Shown one piece after another: positions 1 through 9,929 of a DNA stretch of 64,000 bases (position 1 is its first letter; each line of letters begins with the position of its first letter). The notes below the pieces were generated by a model that saw only the letters and a program-made list of their open reading frames with translations, did not search any database and was not told the DNA's origin. The DNA comes from Candidatus Poribacteria bacterium (lineage in GTDB: Bacteria > Poribacteria > WGA-4E > WGA-3G), in contig CAXXLX010000001.1 in NCBI GenBank assembly GCA_963665235.2, positions 3,808,001-3,872,000 on the forward strand. The letters are read 5' to 3'. The position numbers were made by a program, and so were the translations under genes.

Positions 1-3000
1 ATTTGAACTAATTTCGCCTCTCGTTCCCGTATTCGCTCCAGCTGCCTCGCCGATGGCATATTTCCGGGTAGCACTGTCTGTCTAGCCGAAGCGTGCAGGC
101 GTTCGAGCCGCGAGGCGCGTTCAATCAGCCGTGCTGTCTCCTGTCCCCGTCCCAAATCTTTTAAATGTCCGCCTAATTGTCTCAAGAAATTCGGGTCGCG
201 TGCTGTCATTGCTAAATTCGTAGTTTTTTTCGATACCGCCACTGCAAACTGTGTAAACCCACCACTCCGTAGTTTTTGGGAAAAACCGAGAAGTTGCCTG
301 GCCCCAAGCGGAGAATTCAGAAGATTTTTGACCAATTCGCGGACAAGAGGTGTCTGACCTGTATGCAGGGCGAGTTGTAAAGTCAGGTCGTAATATTGAC
401 TCAGATTCCGTGGGTCCGCCTCCGCAATTGTTTTAAGAAGTTCTATTGCAGTTTCATGTTTTCCTGCCTGAATTGAGACAAAGAGCGCATTCAGTTTTAA
501 GGTAGGGTCTTCAGGAAATTCCTGTTGCAGCGAGTGGAGAATTTCAAGTGCCCTGGCACGTTCTCCCACCCACCACTTGCAATAACTGATTGCTAATGCA
601 GGATAGATACGGGCTTTTCCTTCCGCAGCCTCGTACTTGCCCCATAAAGCGGTATAGAACAGCTCCTGCTGTTCGCTAACCCAAATCATTTTGAAAAACT
701 TCTGTAGGAACGTTAACCGTGTTGAGTCAAAGTACGTTGTAGGCGATGGGAAGCTCGTCTGAAAAGGCCTATAGCCGCTTGAATAGTACGGGCGGTAAGT
801 CAGGCTTGCTACGCGGCTTGCTTGGGATACGCTCGGATTTGTGGTTTCGATAAACTTCCAAAAGGACGCAATCGCTTTTTCCGGGTGCCCTTCACTCAAA
901 AAAGTGTTCGCTATTGTTTGATAGCTCTCGGGATAGTTCTGCGCGAACTGCCGTACGGCTGCTGCTGGAAGTTGCGCGATAATTTTTTCAACATGGGCTG
1001 TCCGTTCGAGCTGTGCAAGAATATTGAGCAACTTACTTTTGTTGCGAAGCGTCTTCAAATCTACCCCTTCCAGCTCGTCTAGGAGTTTCTCCGCATCGGT
1101 CCGTTTGTCTTGGTGATGGAAGTGGGATGCATATTCCAAAATGTACCAATTCCTACTGTCAGCAGTTAGACCGGTCATTTTGTCGAGGTAATTTTTGAAG
1201 GCATCGTAATTAACCGCTACTTGCTGCAACCGAATGCCTTGATAGACGAGATTGTTCGGTGAAGCGGCAATTAACCGTTCTACAATTTCAGCGGTTTTCT
1301 CCGGATTCTCCATCAGGTTGTAAAGTTGTCCCAGAAGTTCAAGCCTGGCGACATCCTTGGGATTTTCGGATGCCTTTTCCTCGAATTGCTGAATGAAAGC
1401 AGACAGTTCTCCGAGGTCATCCAAAATTGTCTTCAATTGCACCAAGGCACCCGCCTGTGCCTCTTCAAAATTGTTGGGTATCCACGCCTGCCTGCCGCTA
1501 CCAAAATTCTGCTGCTGCCGAATTTCATAGCTAAGAGAATTCGCAAGGTTAAGTTTATTTATGTTTATACCGGGCGGTCCGTAAGATGTATGCGACACCT
1601 TAGGTGTTAGTACATTCGTTGCTGTAGACAGGATAGCATCGGCAGCGGGTTTGGACATTTCGAGGATACGTTGAAAGTAGGAACGTGCTTTTTCAGGTTT
1701 GTTAATGTCAACAAGTATACCCCCGATTTGGTAGAGCTTAATATGTGCATCTGAACCCGATATATTTTCAGCTGCACTGTCTAGCGCGAAAAGTGCCTCT
1801 TCCAATAGACCGTGTCGGACTAACAACTTCGCGAGCCGAATTTCGGCATCAAACGTCCGGTTTTTTGTCCGCAGCATTCTCGACCAGGCCTGAACAGCTT
1901 CCTGCTCGCGGCCGGCATCGAACAACAATTCCCCCAATTTCTGCTGATGCATTGGCTCAGGGTCCACCTTCACAAGTTGACGTTGGTAATTAAGTGCTTC
2001 CTGGATTTCACCTTGGGCTAGGCTGATGTCGACAAGTTCAGCTAAGAGTGTAGGACTATCCTTTTCTCTATCCAATGCCTTCACTAATTGGAACCGTGCG
2101 TTAGGAAGATTCCCCTCATTTCGATAAACGACTGCCAATGCTAAAACCGGGGCAATACTTGCTGTATCGGCTTGTGCAAGCTGCTTCAGTTTTTCAGGGA
2201 GTTCATCTCGTCGCCCTAGGTCGTAATACGCTCCGGTGAGCGGTTTGATGAAACTGAGTTTCTCGCTAGCGCTGTCGCTTAATTCCCAGCACCGCCAGTA
2301 TTGAGCGATGGCTTGTCGGAAGTTCCCAGCGAGGCTATAAGTTGCGGCGAGTTCCGCTCGAGACGCAATTGCATCCGGGCGTAATCGAAGTGCTTGCTTG
2401 AAGCTCTGAATGGCGGCTGCAAAATCGCCATCCTGTTTGGCAATGTGGGCAAGCAGTTGATACCCCTCCGGATTGCGTGGACTGTGTGCAATTACCTGTT
2501 TTGCTGCTGATGTCGCTTTTTCAAAATCGAGTGCCTTCAGATATGCGTTTGCAATATTTGAATAGTATTCACGCGCGTTGGGATTATCAATCTGCGCTAG
2601 ATGCATGTAAACAGCGATGGCTTCATCGTACCTCCCCTCCCTCTTATGGATGTCTGCACACCATCTATTGATGGTTACATTATCCGGTTGAAGTGCCTTC
2701 GCCTCCAAAAGGATTTTAAGGGTGTCCGTTGTATTCCGTAACTTCAGGTACATTTTAGCGAGTTGCCTCAGGTGTGCAAACCTTTCGTCGCCTATAAGGG
2801 TAGGTTTCTCAAGTTCAGCTTCCAACGTCTGGATTTTAGCGGCGAGCGTTCCCTGCCGACGATAGAGTTCAATCCGCTGGTCATCCATCTGTTCCGCAAA
2901 AAACGGGTTCGGGGCAAGTTTGATAGCCTCTGTGTATTCCACTAACGCCGCATCGTAGTCCTTACTTTCCCTGAGCCGCCTTGCTAATGCCTCACGATAT

Positions 3001-4535
3001 CGAAAATCGTCCGGTGCCAACGCTACCGCCTTTCGGCTCGCAGCGAGAGATTCAGGCAGGAACGTTTTGGTCTCAAGCAGCCTTGCTAATCGGTCATAGT
3101 TCGCTGCATCTCCCTTCTCATCGGCAACCATCCGATTCCATGTTGCAAGTGCTTGTTCCCGCTCCCCTTGGCGGAAGTAGAACTCTCCGAAATACTCAAT
3201 ATAATCCAGATTGTCCGGCGCGAGTGAGAGTGCCTGCTGATAGGCAGCGACAGCATCCTCTATCCAGTCATGTCCTGTGTAAATCTCTGCGAGGATAAGA
3301 TGTACGTTTGCATTTTCAGGGTTACGCGTAATCATGTCCTGATAAGTTGCCCGTGCCTTGTCTTCATCGCCTAACTGTAGGTACAACTTACCTATTTCAC
3401 GATAGATGCCGAAATCGTCCGGGTGCTGTTCCCGAAGCACCTCATATTCCGAAACAGCGTCCGCAAGCTTGTCCGAACTTCGCAGCGCAGCGATAAGATT
3501 CAAACGTAGGGACACATCTGTCGGGGCAAGTTCTAAACCTCTCCTATATGTCTCTATGCCCTCCGCTGTTTGTTGATTTTCAACATAAGCGGACGCGAGT
3601 AAACCGAGCAGCTCCGGGTCGTTCGGTGTTGTGGATAGCTTGGCTTGGTAATATGCAATTAGCTCTTGCCAATTTGCGTCAGCGGCGTAAATACTGATGA
3701 TACGGTGTTGGAGGTCTTTCCGCAGCCAATTGCCCGGGGCAGTTAGTGCCAACGCTGCATCGTAACGCTCACGTGCCTTCTGATATTCCCCTGTATCTTC
3801 GTGAATCTTACCAATCTCTCGCAGACTCAGGCACACACGATACGGGTCATCCTTTTTCAATGCGATAATTGCTTCATGTTGGGCAATCGCTTGCGGGTAG
3901 AGTTCCTGTTCATAAAAAAGGTCGGCAAGTTCACGTCGAGCGAATATATTTTGCGGGTCAAGTTCGGCAATCTGCGTCCAAGCCGTAATAGCCTCGTCTA
4001 CCCGGTCCCTGCTGAAATAGGCGCGTCCGAGGGCTTTGTAAATTGCAATGCGGTCATCGGGTGAAACGGTGCCGGTCTGTTGTGACAATGTTACGGCCTT
4101 CGTCAATTTATCAATTGCTACCTCATGTTGACGTAGTGTTCCGTAGAAACGTCCGAGGGCGAAGTACGGATAATAATCGTCCGGGGCAAGTTCAACGGCG
4201 CGTTGATAGGCAGCAACTGCTGCGGCATCCTGCCCGAGCCGTTTGTAGATATGTCCGAGAATAAGTTGAACGTTCGGGTCATTCGGTTTCGCTGCTGCTG
4301 CCGCTTGGTAATCGGTCACCATTGCGTCTAAACCGGTACCCTCCAGATAATACTGATATAGCCGGTCAAATGTACTCCCCTCCCGCGGCTTTTGATTCAG
4401 CATCTGTTTATAGCGGTCGATGATTTTTGTGTCCTCCGCTTCGTCCTGCGCGGCGGTTATTGATGTAAAGCACAGGATAGCACTCATTAGATATAGCAGA
4501 GATATGGCAATTGTGCATTTTTCTCGTCGAAACAT
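1..4535 (-). CDS. Very large secreted TPR-repeat protein (>1500 aa; 3' end runs off the window)
   Basis: ATG at 4535 after a GGAGGG RBS. Translates MFRREKCTIAISLLYLMSAILCFTSITAAQDE (signal peptide), then helical TPR-like repeats. Absent from the ORF track, consistent with no in-window stop; the frame is still open at positions 3-60. Confidence 0.85.
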   Translation of the reverse strand, partial: MFRREKCTIAISLLYLMSAILCFTSITAAQDEAEDTKIIDRYKQMLNQKPREGSTFDRLYQYYLEGTGLDAMVTDYQAAAAAKPNDPNVQLILGHIYKRLGQDAAAVAAYQRAVELAPDDYYPYFALGRFYGTLRQHEVAIDKLTKAVTLSQQTGTVSPDDRIAIYKALGRAYFSRDRVDEAITAWTQIAELDPQNIFARRELADLFYEQELYPQAIAQHEAIIALKKDDPYRVCLSLREIGKIHEDTGEYQKARERYDAALALTAPGNWLRKDLQHRIISIYAADANWQELIAYYQAKLSTTPNDPELLGLLASAYVENQQTAEGIETYRRGLELAPTDVSLRLNLIAALRSSDKLADAVSEYEVLREQHPDDFGIYREIGKLYLQLGDEDKARATYQDMITRNPENANVHLILAEIYTGHDWIEDAVAAYQQALSLAPDNLDYIEYFGEFYFRQGEREQALATWNRMVADEKGDAANYDRLARLLETKTFLPESLAASRKAVALAPDDFRYREALARRLRESKDYDAALVEYTEAIKLAPNPFFAEQMDDQRIELYRRQGTLAAKIQTLEAELEKPTLIGDERFAHLRQLAKMYLKLRNTTDTLKILLEAKALQPDNVTINRWCADIHKREGRYDEAIAVYMHLAQIDNPNAREYYSNIANAYLKALDFEKATSAAKQVIAHSPRNPEGYQLLAHIAKQDGDFAAAIQSFKQALRLRPDAIASRAELAATYSLAGNFRQAIAQYWRCWELSDSASEKLSFIKPLTGAYYDLGRRDELPEKLKQLAQADTASIAPVLALAVVYRNEGNLPNARFQLVKALDREKDSPTLLAELVDISLAQGEIQEALNYQRQLVKVDPEPMHQQKLGELLFDAGREQEAVQAWSRMLRTKNRTFDAEIRLAKLLVRHGLLEEALFALDSAAENISGSDAHIKLYQIGGILVDINKPEKARSYFQRILEMSKPAADAILSTATNVLTPKVSHTSYGPPGININKLNLANSLSYEIRQQQNFGSGRQAWIPNNFEEAQAGALVQLKTILDDLGELSAFIQQFEEKASENPKDVARLELLGQLYNLMENPEKTAEIVERLIAASPNNLVYQGIRLQQVAVNYDAFKNYLDKMTGLTADSRNWYILEYASHFHHQDKRTDAEKLLDELEGVDLKTLRNKSKLLNILAQLERTAHVEKIIAQLPAAAVRQFAQNYPESYQTIANTFLSEGHPEKAIASFWKFIETTNPSVSQASRVASLTYRPYYSSGYRPFQTSFPSPTTYFDSTRLTFLQKFFKMIWVSEQQELFYTALWGKYEAAEGKARIYPALAISYCKWWVGERARALEILHSLQQEFPEDPTLKLNALFVSIQAGKHETAIELLKTIAEADPRNLSQYYDLTLQLALHTGQTPLVRELVKNLLNSPLGARQLLGFSQKLRSGGFTQFAVAVSKKTTNLAMTARDPNFLRQLGGHLKDLGRGQETARLIERASRLERLHASARQTVLPGNMPSARQLERIREREAKLVQ

Positions 4536-4556
4536 GTGGAACCCTCCTTTTGTGTC

Positions 4557-5393
4557 TCACTTTCCATTTTCATCAACGCCGTTGTCTGTTTGACCGAAGG
4601 ATGCTAATGTTAGCGTGTCGTGAAACCACCCTGTGCAATTGCTATGGACATAGACGATGTCGTTAATGACAATACGGCGATTGTTCGGAAACTTGCTTAC
4701 CAGGTCGTGTCCGCGTAGATATCGCCCATCATAGCGTCTGAAGAAAACGGTGCGTCCCCCCTTTTCGATAAAAACTTCTGCAAGTTCACCGCCGTGCTCT
4801 TCAGTAATGTCAACATCCAGGGCGCGAAGACAGTGGAAAGTGTTTTCACCAATTGTTACGTGATATGTGCCAGCCCCGAATCCCTGTCCATCGGTGAGTT
4901 TATAAGTGCCATCGGGTTGAAGCGCGTAACGTCCATCGTCGACGATGCGGCGTTTACAAGGGCCACCCCATTGGTCTTCAAACCCTTCGTCTCCGATTGT
5001 ATCAAAAATTCGTCTGCCATCTATCGTATTTACGACCGAAACCCACTTTGTGTGCGTTTCATCAATTGCGACATACATCAAATTTGGTGAGGGGGGCCAG
5101 TCTTTTGCAAGCCACTCCTTAAACTGGATTTCAACGCACTCAATTCCACGAATAATTGCTGGGGCGGTAGGAATCAATTGCGTTACAGCGTCTAATTTCT
5201 GTGTTTCGCCATCGTATTCAGCCCACATGTAGGCGGGGGCCATCTTGGGGATAGCAAACCACCACTGTAGCTCTTGACAATCCACCGCCTCAATTTGGTC
5301 TGAACTTTCAACTATCTTGATATCGGGTCGAGTGGGCGGAAAAGGGTGCAATACAACCTCACCGGGGCTTTCTATTGTCCATTTTGCGTCCAT
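4557..5393 (-). CDS. Hypothetical protein, 278 aa
   Basis: Long ORF with AGAGGA RBS, co-oriented with the TPR gene; no firm family assignment. Confidence 0.75.
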   Translation of the reverse strand: MDAKWTIESPGEVVLHPFPPTRPDIKIVESSDQIEAVDCQELQWWFAIPKMAPAYMWAEYDGETQKLDAVTQLIPTAPAIIRGIECVEIQFKEWLAKDWPPSPNLMYVAIDETHTKWVSVVNTIDGRRIFDTIGDEGFEDQWGGPCKRRIVDDGRYALQPDGTYKLTDGQGFGAGTYHVTIGENTFHCLRALDVDITEEHGGELAEVFIEKGGRTVFFRRYDGRYLRGHDLVSKFPNNRRIVINDIVYVHSNCTGWFHDTLTLASFGQTDNGVDENGK

Positions 5394-5651
5394 GTTTTAT
5401 CCTCTTACAACGGTTTGATATTATGTTCTGGTTGCCGCACGATGTCTTCGTTGAAATCCGGTTAACTCGGTATTAATCATTAGCAGGTTGGCCATATAAT
5501 TTGTTGATATGGTACTGCTGAATAGCAAGCGAGGCGATACCTACGCCAAATAGTGCTAACAACACACAAAGGATTGGCAGATTCTGATCGACTAGTAAAT
5601 CGTTCTCAGACTGTACCTCATCAAAATCTTCGGTGTGGAGACCCCGTTGCT

Positions 5652-6700
5652 TTAGCACGGGGAGGAAACACCGCTCCTATATTGAAAGTTCAAGCGTGTG
5701 AGGACTTGAAAATCTGTGCGTTTCGCACCCGTTGTGAGGCGTTGACCTTCTAAGCTATAGATAGAAAACACCCCTTTTGCATTAATACCCGTAATAGGAT
5801 GTCCTCGGTGGGACCTCGGACGTGTGATCCCGTGTTTGCTGTGCTTTATCACCGTGTTTTTCACAAGTCCGTTGCCTAACACAGTCCCGCCATATCTTGA
5901 CCGTATTCCGCCCTTTGCTGGTTGTTCTCGGTGCAAGTTACGCCTTGCTACATCGGGGATATGCAAAACACGGCTGTATTGTCGGGTTTGAGTGCCATCG
6001 CTTTCTTTGTGTCACCATTGACAACCGAATGTGCCATCACCCAACTATCAACGCAGTGTGCATAGAATCAGAGAGTTTGTCTTGGCTCTTCTCTAATCCT
6101 GCGCGGAAGTCCACCTGCCTTTATAGCAAAACACATTGCCAACGCCATATGCTATCAACTCAGAGACAAACCAGCGTTTACCAACCTCCAACGGACTAAA
6201 AGCTGTGTTCCATCGCTTCTTACCCGGTTTTGTTCTTGCCTTGATGTCCTCCAAACAGATTTTTGTGACAGGATACAAGTCAGACAACCAATCCAGGATG
6301 CGGAGTTTCCAATCCCAACGGGCCCGGGTGCCTGCGGGGAGTTTCTGTCTGTTCGCACCTTTGTTGGTGCGGTTCTTGCGGTTGGGACACTTCCGAGAAC
6401 GTCCGAGGTCCCAAGGACATCCTCTCCCTCTGCGGAGTTCACGTCTTTTCTCAACCTTCTTTCCAACTTTGTTATGTGCATCTGCCTGACGTTCAGATAC
6501 GTAGTCGCAGATTTGACGGTAAATCCCTCTTTCTTACTTCCAGGACACCGACAACAATGTCTTACTCTATCACTCGGTTCTTTGTTGAGTGCGTTGTTCC
6601 AATAAGGTGTTGCTTCACCGCGTTTGACAAGTTTCCTTGCACGTGCAGCATGCATCGGCATCAGCTGTTGTCCGTCGTTTGTTTTGACTGGCACAAACAT
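5652..6700 (-). pseudogene. isrB: Frameshifted IsrB (PLMP/RuvC) remnant
   Basis: Fragments in several frames (QQLMPMHAARARK, PGSKKEGFTVKS, ICLEDIKARTK, RRNLHREQPAKGG...QVLTRLNF) match the intact copy at 20815-21843. Confidence 0.85.
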
Positions 6701-6966
6701 AAGTTTGTTTTCTCCTTACGGAAGTAAAACGGATGAAAACGGATGACCGTAGGTCATTTGTTTTCCCTCTTTCCTTCCGTCGGGTATATATTGCCCCATC
6801 CAGATCAGGGGTTCGTAGTGGAATCAGACTTGGGGAGCATCCGAAACATACTTTAGGCTGCCACACCCAGAACCCCCGATTATTACTGTAGAAAGTAGTT
6901 TAACTTGTGGAGACTGCTTGGCAGGCAGTTCGCCAAGCCCCCACGCTTTAGCGGGGGGTTACTGAC
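6701..6966 (-). ncRNA. omegaRNA scaffold of element 1 (3' end approximate)
   Basis: Non-coding region upstream of isrB. Shares CTACAGTAAT, GTTTCGGATGCTCCCCAAGTC and GATCTGGATGGGG with the element 2 leader. Confidence 0.75.
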
Positions 6967-7502
6967 TGATGCTCATTGCCATCTTATATTCATAGTAGAG
7001 GGCAAAGAGGCCACAAGTGATTATCGTAAGAAAGAGCCAGAGCCAAAAGGAATACTCGTCTCTTTTTAACCAGGCATTGAGGGTATCCATCTGCTTGTAT
7101 TGCCAGTAGAGCCCATAGATACCACAAGTGAGTAAAGTTGCTAAAACACCGACAGCAATACTCCGTACAGCCTCGGATGCCGGATACGGATATTCGCCAA
7201 GTGTCGTAATAGGGGTCTGCTCTGTTTTCGACCTAGAAATGACGATGACTATTAGGGCGAGTCCTAAACCCACAAAAAATATGATAACAATCGCGAGTTC
7301 CAACAGGCCGGGTAAAAATAATTCCATATTTCTTCTCCTTTAATTAGCAATTGGCGATTGGCAATTGGCAAATTGGCAAGAGTTTACGATTGCATCTTAT
7401 GTTTCTGACACGCGTCAAATATTTCTATGTAAAAACCAACAGCCAACAGCCATAGACCCACAGCCAATGGCGAGTTTCCGTTCGTTCAATCCGTGCTACA
7501 AT

Positions 7503-8315
7503 CTAACTCTCTTTCAGGCGTTTGACGGCCTCTAATTTTGTTAGCTGCCAATCTGTCCAATCTTTTTCGCCTTCATACCGGACGATGTCGTGAATGGTTG
7601 CTCTCGGTTGATAGGTCACATAGTTTCCGGTGTGCCAACCGAGATTTCGGTAAATCATGAAATCCCCCGGTCCCAGATGCACCTGAACGGCTCCCGGAAA
7701 CTGTCGGCAGTGGTCAAGGTAAACCCGTTCTGCCTCCGCATTGGATTGTCCATCGGCAGGTTTTCGCAAGGTGGGGTCGCCTGTTGTCTGCTGTTCGCCG
7801 GGCATATCCCACTGGCGGAGATGGCTGCCAGGGACGAACCATGTGCAAGAATCGGCATAAATTGCACAGTTGACCTGATTGAAGTGGCGGAGGTCGTACC
7901 AGACTTCAGCAAGCTTCGCGTTGACGGTATCATCGCGTGCTTCAGGGGGCACCTCGACAACCCCGTCTCGATGCCACCCGATATGCCAGGGATGGTCACA
8001 AGGTTCAACGAGCAATCCCATAATGTCCACGTGCCCGTGTGTGTAGTCATCGCCAAGCAATTTTTGAGTTGCCTCTTTAAGTTCGGGCAACTCCGTGTAG
8101 TCATAAAAAGGCTTGAGATTGAGTTCATCTCCATAGTTCGACAAGGGCTGAATACGTTGCGTCTGGGGGCCGTTAAGTTTATGTGCCAAATTCCGTGCTT
8201 TTTCGGCTTCTCTGCGTAAATCAGTGAGCAATGACGGTGGAACAATCCCTCTAAAAATGAGATAGCCTTGCGAAAGATATTCGTTGACCATTGAATCCTG
8301 AAATTGAAATGCCAT
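7503..8315 (-). CDS. Phytanoyl-CoA dioxygenase (PhyH) family Fe(II)/2OG oxygenase
   Basis: WHRD, VPGSH and distal WHTG motifs; likely start MAFQFQD at 8315. Confidence 0.85.
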   Translation of the reverse strand: MAFQFQDSMVNEYLSQGYLIFRGIVPPSLLTDLRREAEKARNLAHKLNGPQTQRIQPLSNYGDELNLKPFYDYTELPELKEATQKLLGDDYTHGHVDIMGLLVEPCDHPWHIGWHRDGVVEVPPEARDDTVNAKLAEVWYDLRHFNQVNCAIYADSCTWFVPGSHLRQWDMPGEQQTTGDPTLRKPADGQSNAEAERVYLDHCRQFPGAVQVHLGPGDFMIYRNLGWHTGNYVTYQPRATIHDIVRYEGEKDWTDWQLTKLEAVKRLKES

Positions 8316-8505
8316 TTTTTTTTCTAATAGAATTGTAGATTTTGCAACGCCTGCAATGGTAATTGCATTATAGCATTTTACGCGGATTGCGCGGATTTTA
8401 AGATGCGTAACAATCTCTTTGGCAATTAGCTCACTGGCGATTAGCAACACTGGCAATTAGCAAATTGGCGATTAGCAAAAGGTTTCCAAGAGCCAATCTG
8501 CCGCG

Positions 8506-8844
8506 TTACCACTCTATATCCTCCATGGCTTGCACCTCTAACGCCTGTGTGAGGATCGAATCTAGACGGTCGAGACTGCGCATTCTCCTGATTTTACGGG
8601 TGAGGGGCTCGGGAACATCGCCAAAACGGGAATATAGCACTTTCAGGGTAACCTCCCGCTTCTCACGAACCACACCGCGCTGTTCACCGCGTTTTTCACC
8701 GATTTCTATGCCGCGTTTTTCACCGATTTCTATGCCGCGCTGTTCACCGATTTCTATGCCGCGCTGTTCACCGCGCTGTTCACCGCGCTGTTCACCGATT
8801 TCTATACCTTGTTCCATCAACTCATGTGCTATTGTGCGTGTCAT
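8506..8844 (-). CDS. Putative internally initiated small Rpn (RpnS-like, 112 aa)
   Basis: In-frame GGAGGT (8857-8852) lies 7 nt before ATG 8844, giving MTRTIAHELMEQG. Confidence 0.6.
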   Translation of the reverse strand: MTRTIAHELMEQGIEIGEQRGEQRGEQRGIEIGEQRGIEIGEKRGIEIGEKRGEQRGVVREKREVTLKVLYSRFGDVPEPLTRKIRRMRSLDRLDSILTQALEVQAMEDIEW

Positions 8845-9669
8845 TGAATTTACCTCCAAAGTAGGTGTCCGTCTATCAACAAGTTCTATCAACGCTTCAT
8901 GCTCCTCCGGAGGCCGGCGATACATGATAAGCGATAGGATATATTGAATTGCCTCGCGTTTTTCAGCCTCCTGCCCAGCAGGAAGGGTCCCAATGTGCAT
9001 TAGCATATCGACTAAGGCCCGTCTTAGCTCCGCTGTGCTTGCATGCTCTTTTTGCAGCACCGTCAGCAGCCAACCTATTAGATTTTCTGTCTGCGTCAGC
9101 ACTTCCACCTCTGTCTCTTTGACATTCAGCTGCACCGTCTCAAACTTGGGAATAAAACGTTCCAGCTCCTTGGGGAGGTCCATGAGTGCTTCCAGGGTCA
9201 GCGGAACGTTCCAGCTCTGGTCGCCTGTGTAAAAGAGTATCGGCAGAATCGGTGACAAGCGGCGTTCATTTTTGGGAGTCTTGTCTTTCTGCCATCGTCT
9301 GATTTCTGCGTCCCATATCAATACCATGTAACGTAAAACACGAAACCCCATCGTCTCGTCCACCGTCGATTGGTGTTCGATAAGAATATGGATTATCACA
9401 TCATCGGTTTTATCTGCTGTTTGAAAAGGCGCGCGATACAAAATATCCGCTTCGCGTTCCCGTAAGTCTCTCGGAATGAAGCTTGTGCTAAGCCGCTCAA
9501 GCCCGCTAAAGTTGATACTTTCCGCAAGGTCGGGGGCAGCAATCTCTACCAAACCCTGAACGTTTCCCGGTCTTTGAAACAACAGACGCAGGCTTCTGTC
9601 TGAAAAGTGTGCAACCTTTCCGCCAAGTAAATCATTGAGACCGTTCGTCTCTTTCGTTTCCTCTGCCAT
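8506..9669 (-). CDS. Rpn family recombination-promoting nuclease / putative transposase (PD-(D/E)XK)
   Basis: READILY...ILIEHQS...MGFRVLRY...PILFYTG motifs; C-terminal GIEIGEQR repeats and a DUF4351-like tail. Confidence 0.9.
   Translation of the reverse strand: MAEETKETNGLNDLLGGKVAHFSDRSLRLLFQRPGNVQGLVEIAAPDLAESINFSGLERLSTSFIPRDLREREADILYRAPFQTADKTDDVIIHILIEHQSTVDETMGFRVLRYMVLIWDAEIRRWQKDKTPKNERRLSPILPILFYTGDQSWNVPLTLEALMDLPKELERFIPKFETVQLNVKETEVEVLTQTENLIGWLLTVLQKEHASTAELRRALVDMLMHIGTLPAGQEAEKREAIQYILSLIMYRRPPEEHEALIELVDRRTPTLEVNSMTRTIAHELMEQGIEIGEQRGEQRGEQRGIEIGEQRGIEIGEKRGIEIGEKRGEQRGVVREKREVTLKVLYSRFGDVPEPLTRKIRRMRSLDRLDSILTQALEVQAMEDIEW
8670..8810 (-). repeat. Coding 12/24-bp tandem repeats (GEQR / GIEIGEQR) in the Rpn C-terminus
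   Basis: Repeated tcaccgatttctatgccgcgctgt and tcaccgcgctgt units. Confidence 0.9.
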
Positions 9670-9929
9670 TTTCCTTCTCAGTTTCTTAGGAATTAAACAG
9701 TATCGTCAAGTAAAACAGACAAGTTTAGTATAACACAATTTGACAAAACATGGCAAACTTTTTTGGGATGCGATTCAGGGCCATTTAGTTGGACAGAACT
9801 TTGGACAATTTTAGTACGGTTTAGATTTCATGCAACTAAACCAGCATATCGGGCGGGGAAACCCCGCCCCTACGAACCACACATCATAACAAAAGCGTGT
9901 AGGCACCTTCCCACCTTCCACCCTTCCAC

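Larger units (their letters stand above)
5622..6966 (-). mobile_element. IS200/IS605-family OMEGA element 1 (omegaRNA plus degraded isrB), no tnpA
   Basis: 5' end GTCAGTAACCCCCCGCTAAAGCGTGGGGCTTG; 3' hairpin followed by GAAGATTTTG and then ATGA; homologous to 20785-22050. Confidence 0.88.
5473..7327 (-). pseudogene. DUF4234-like membrane protein gene interrupted by IsrB element 1
   Basis: N-part 7327-6967 (LLTCGIYGLYWQYK, IITCGLFALYYEYK motifs) and C-part 5621-5473 rejoin in frame as MAMSI-N-EVQSENDLL when 5622-6966 is removed. Confidence 0.85.

Noticed and set aside
822-4264. Numerous short plus-strand ORFs
   Set aside because: Shadow ORFs antisense to the TPR gene.
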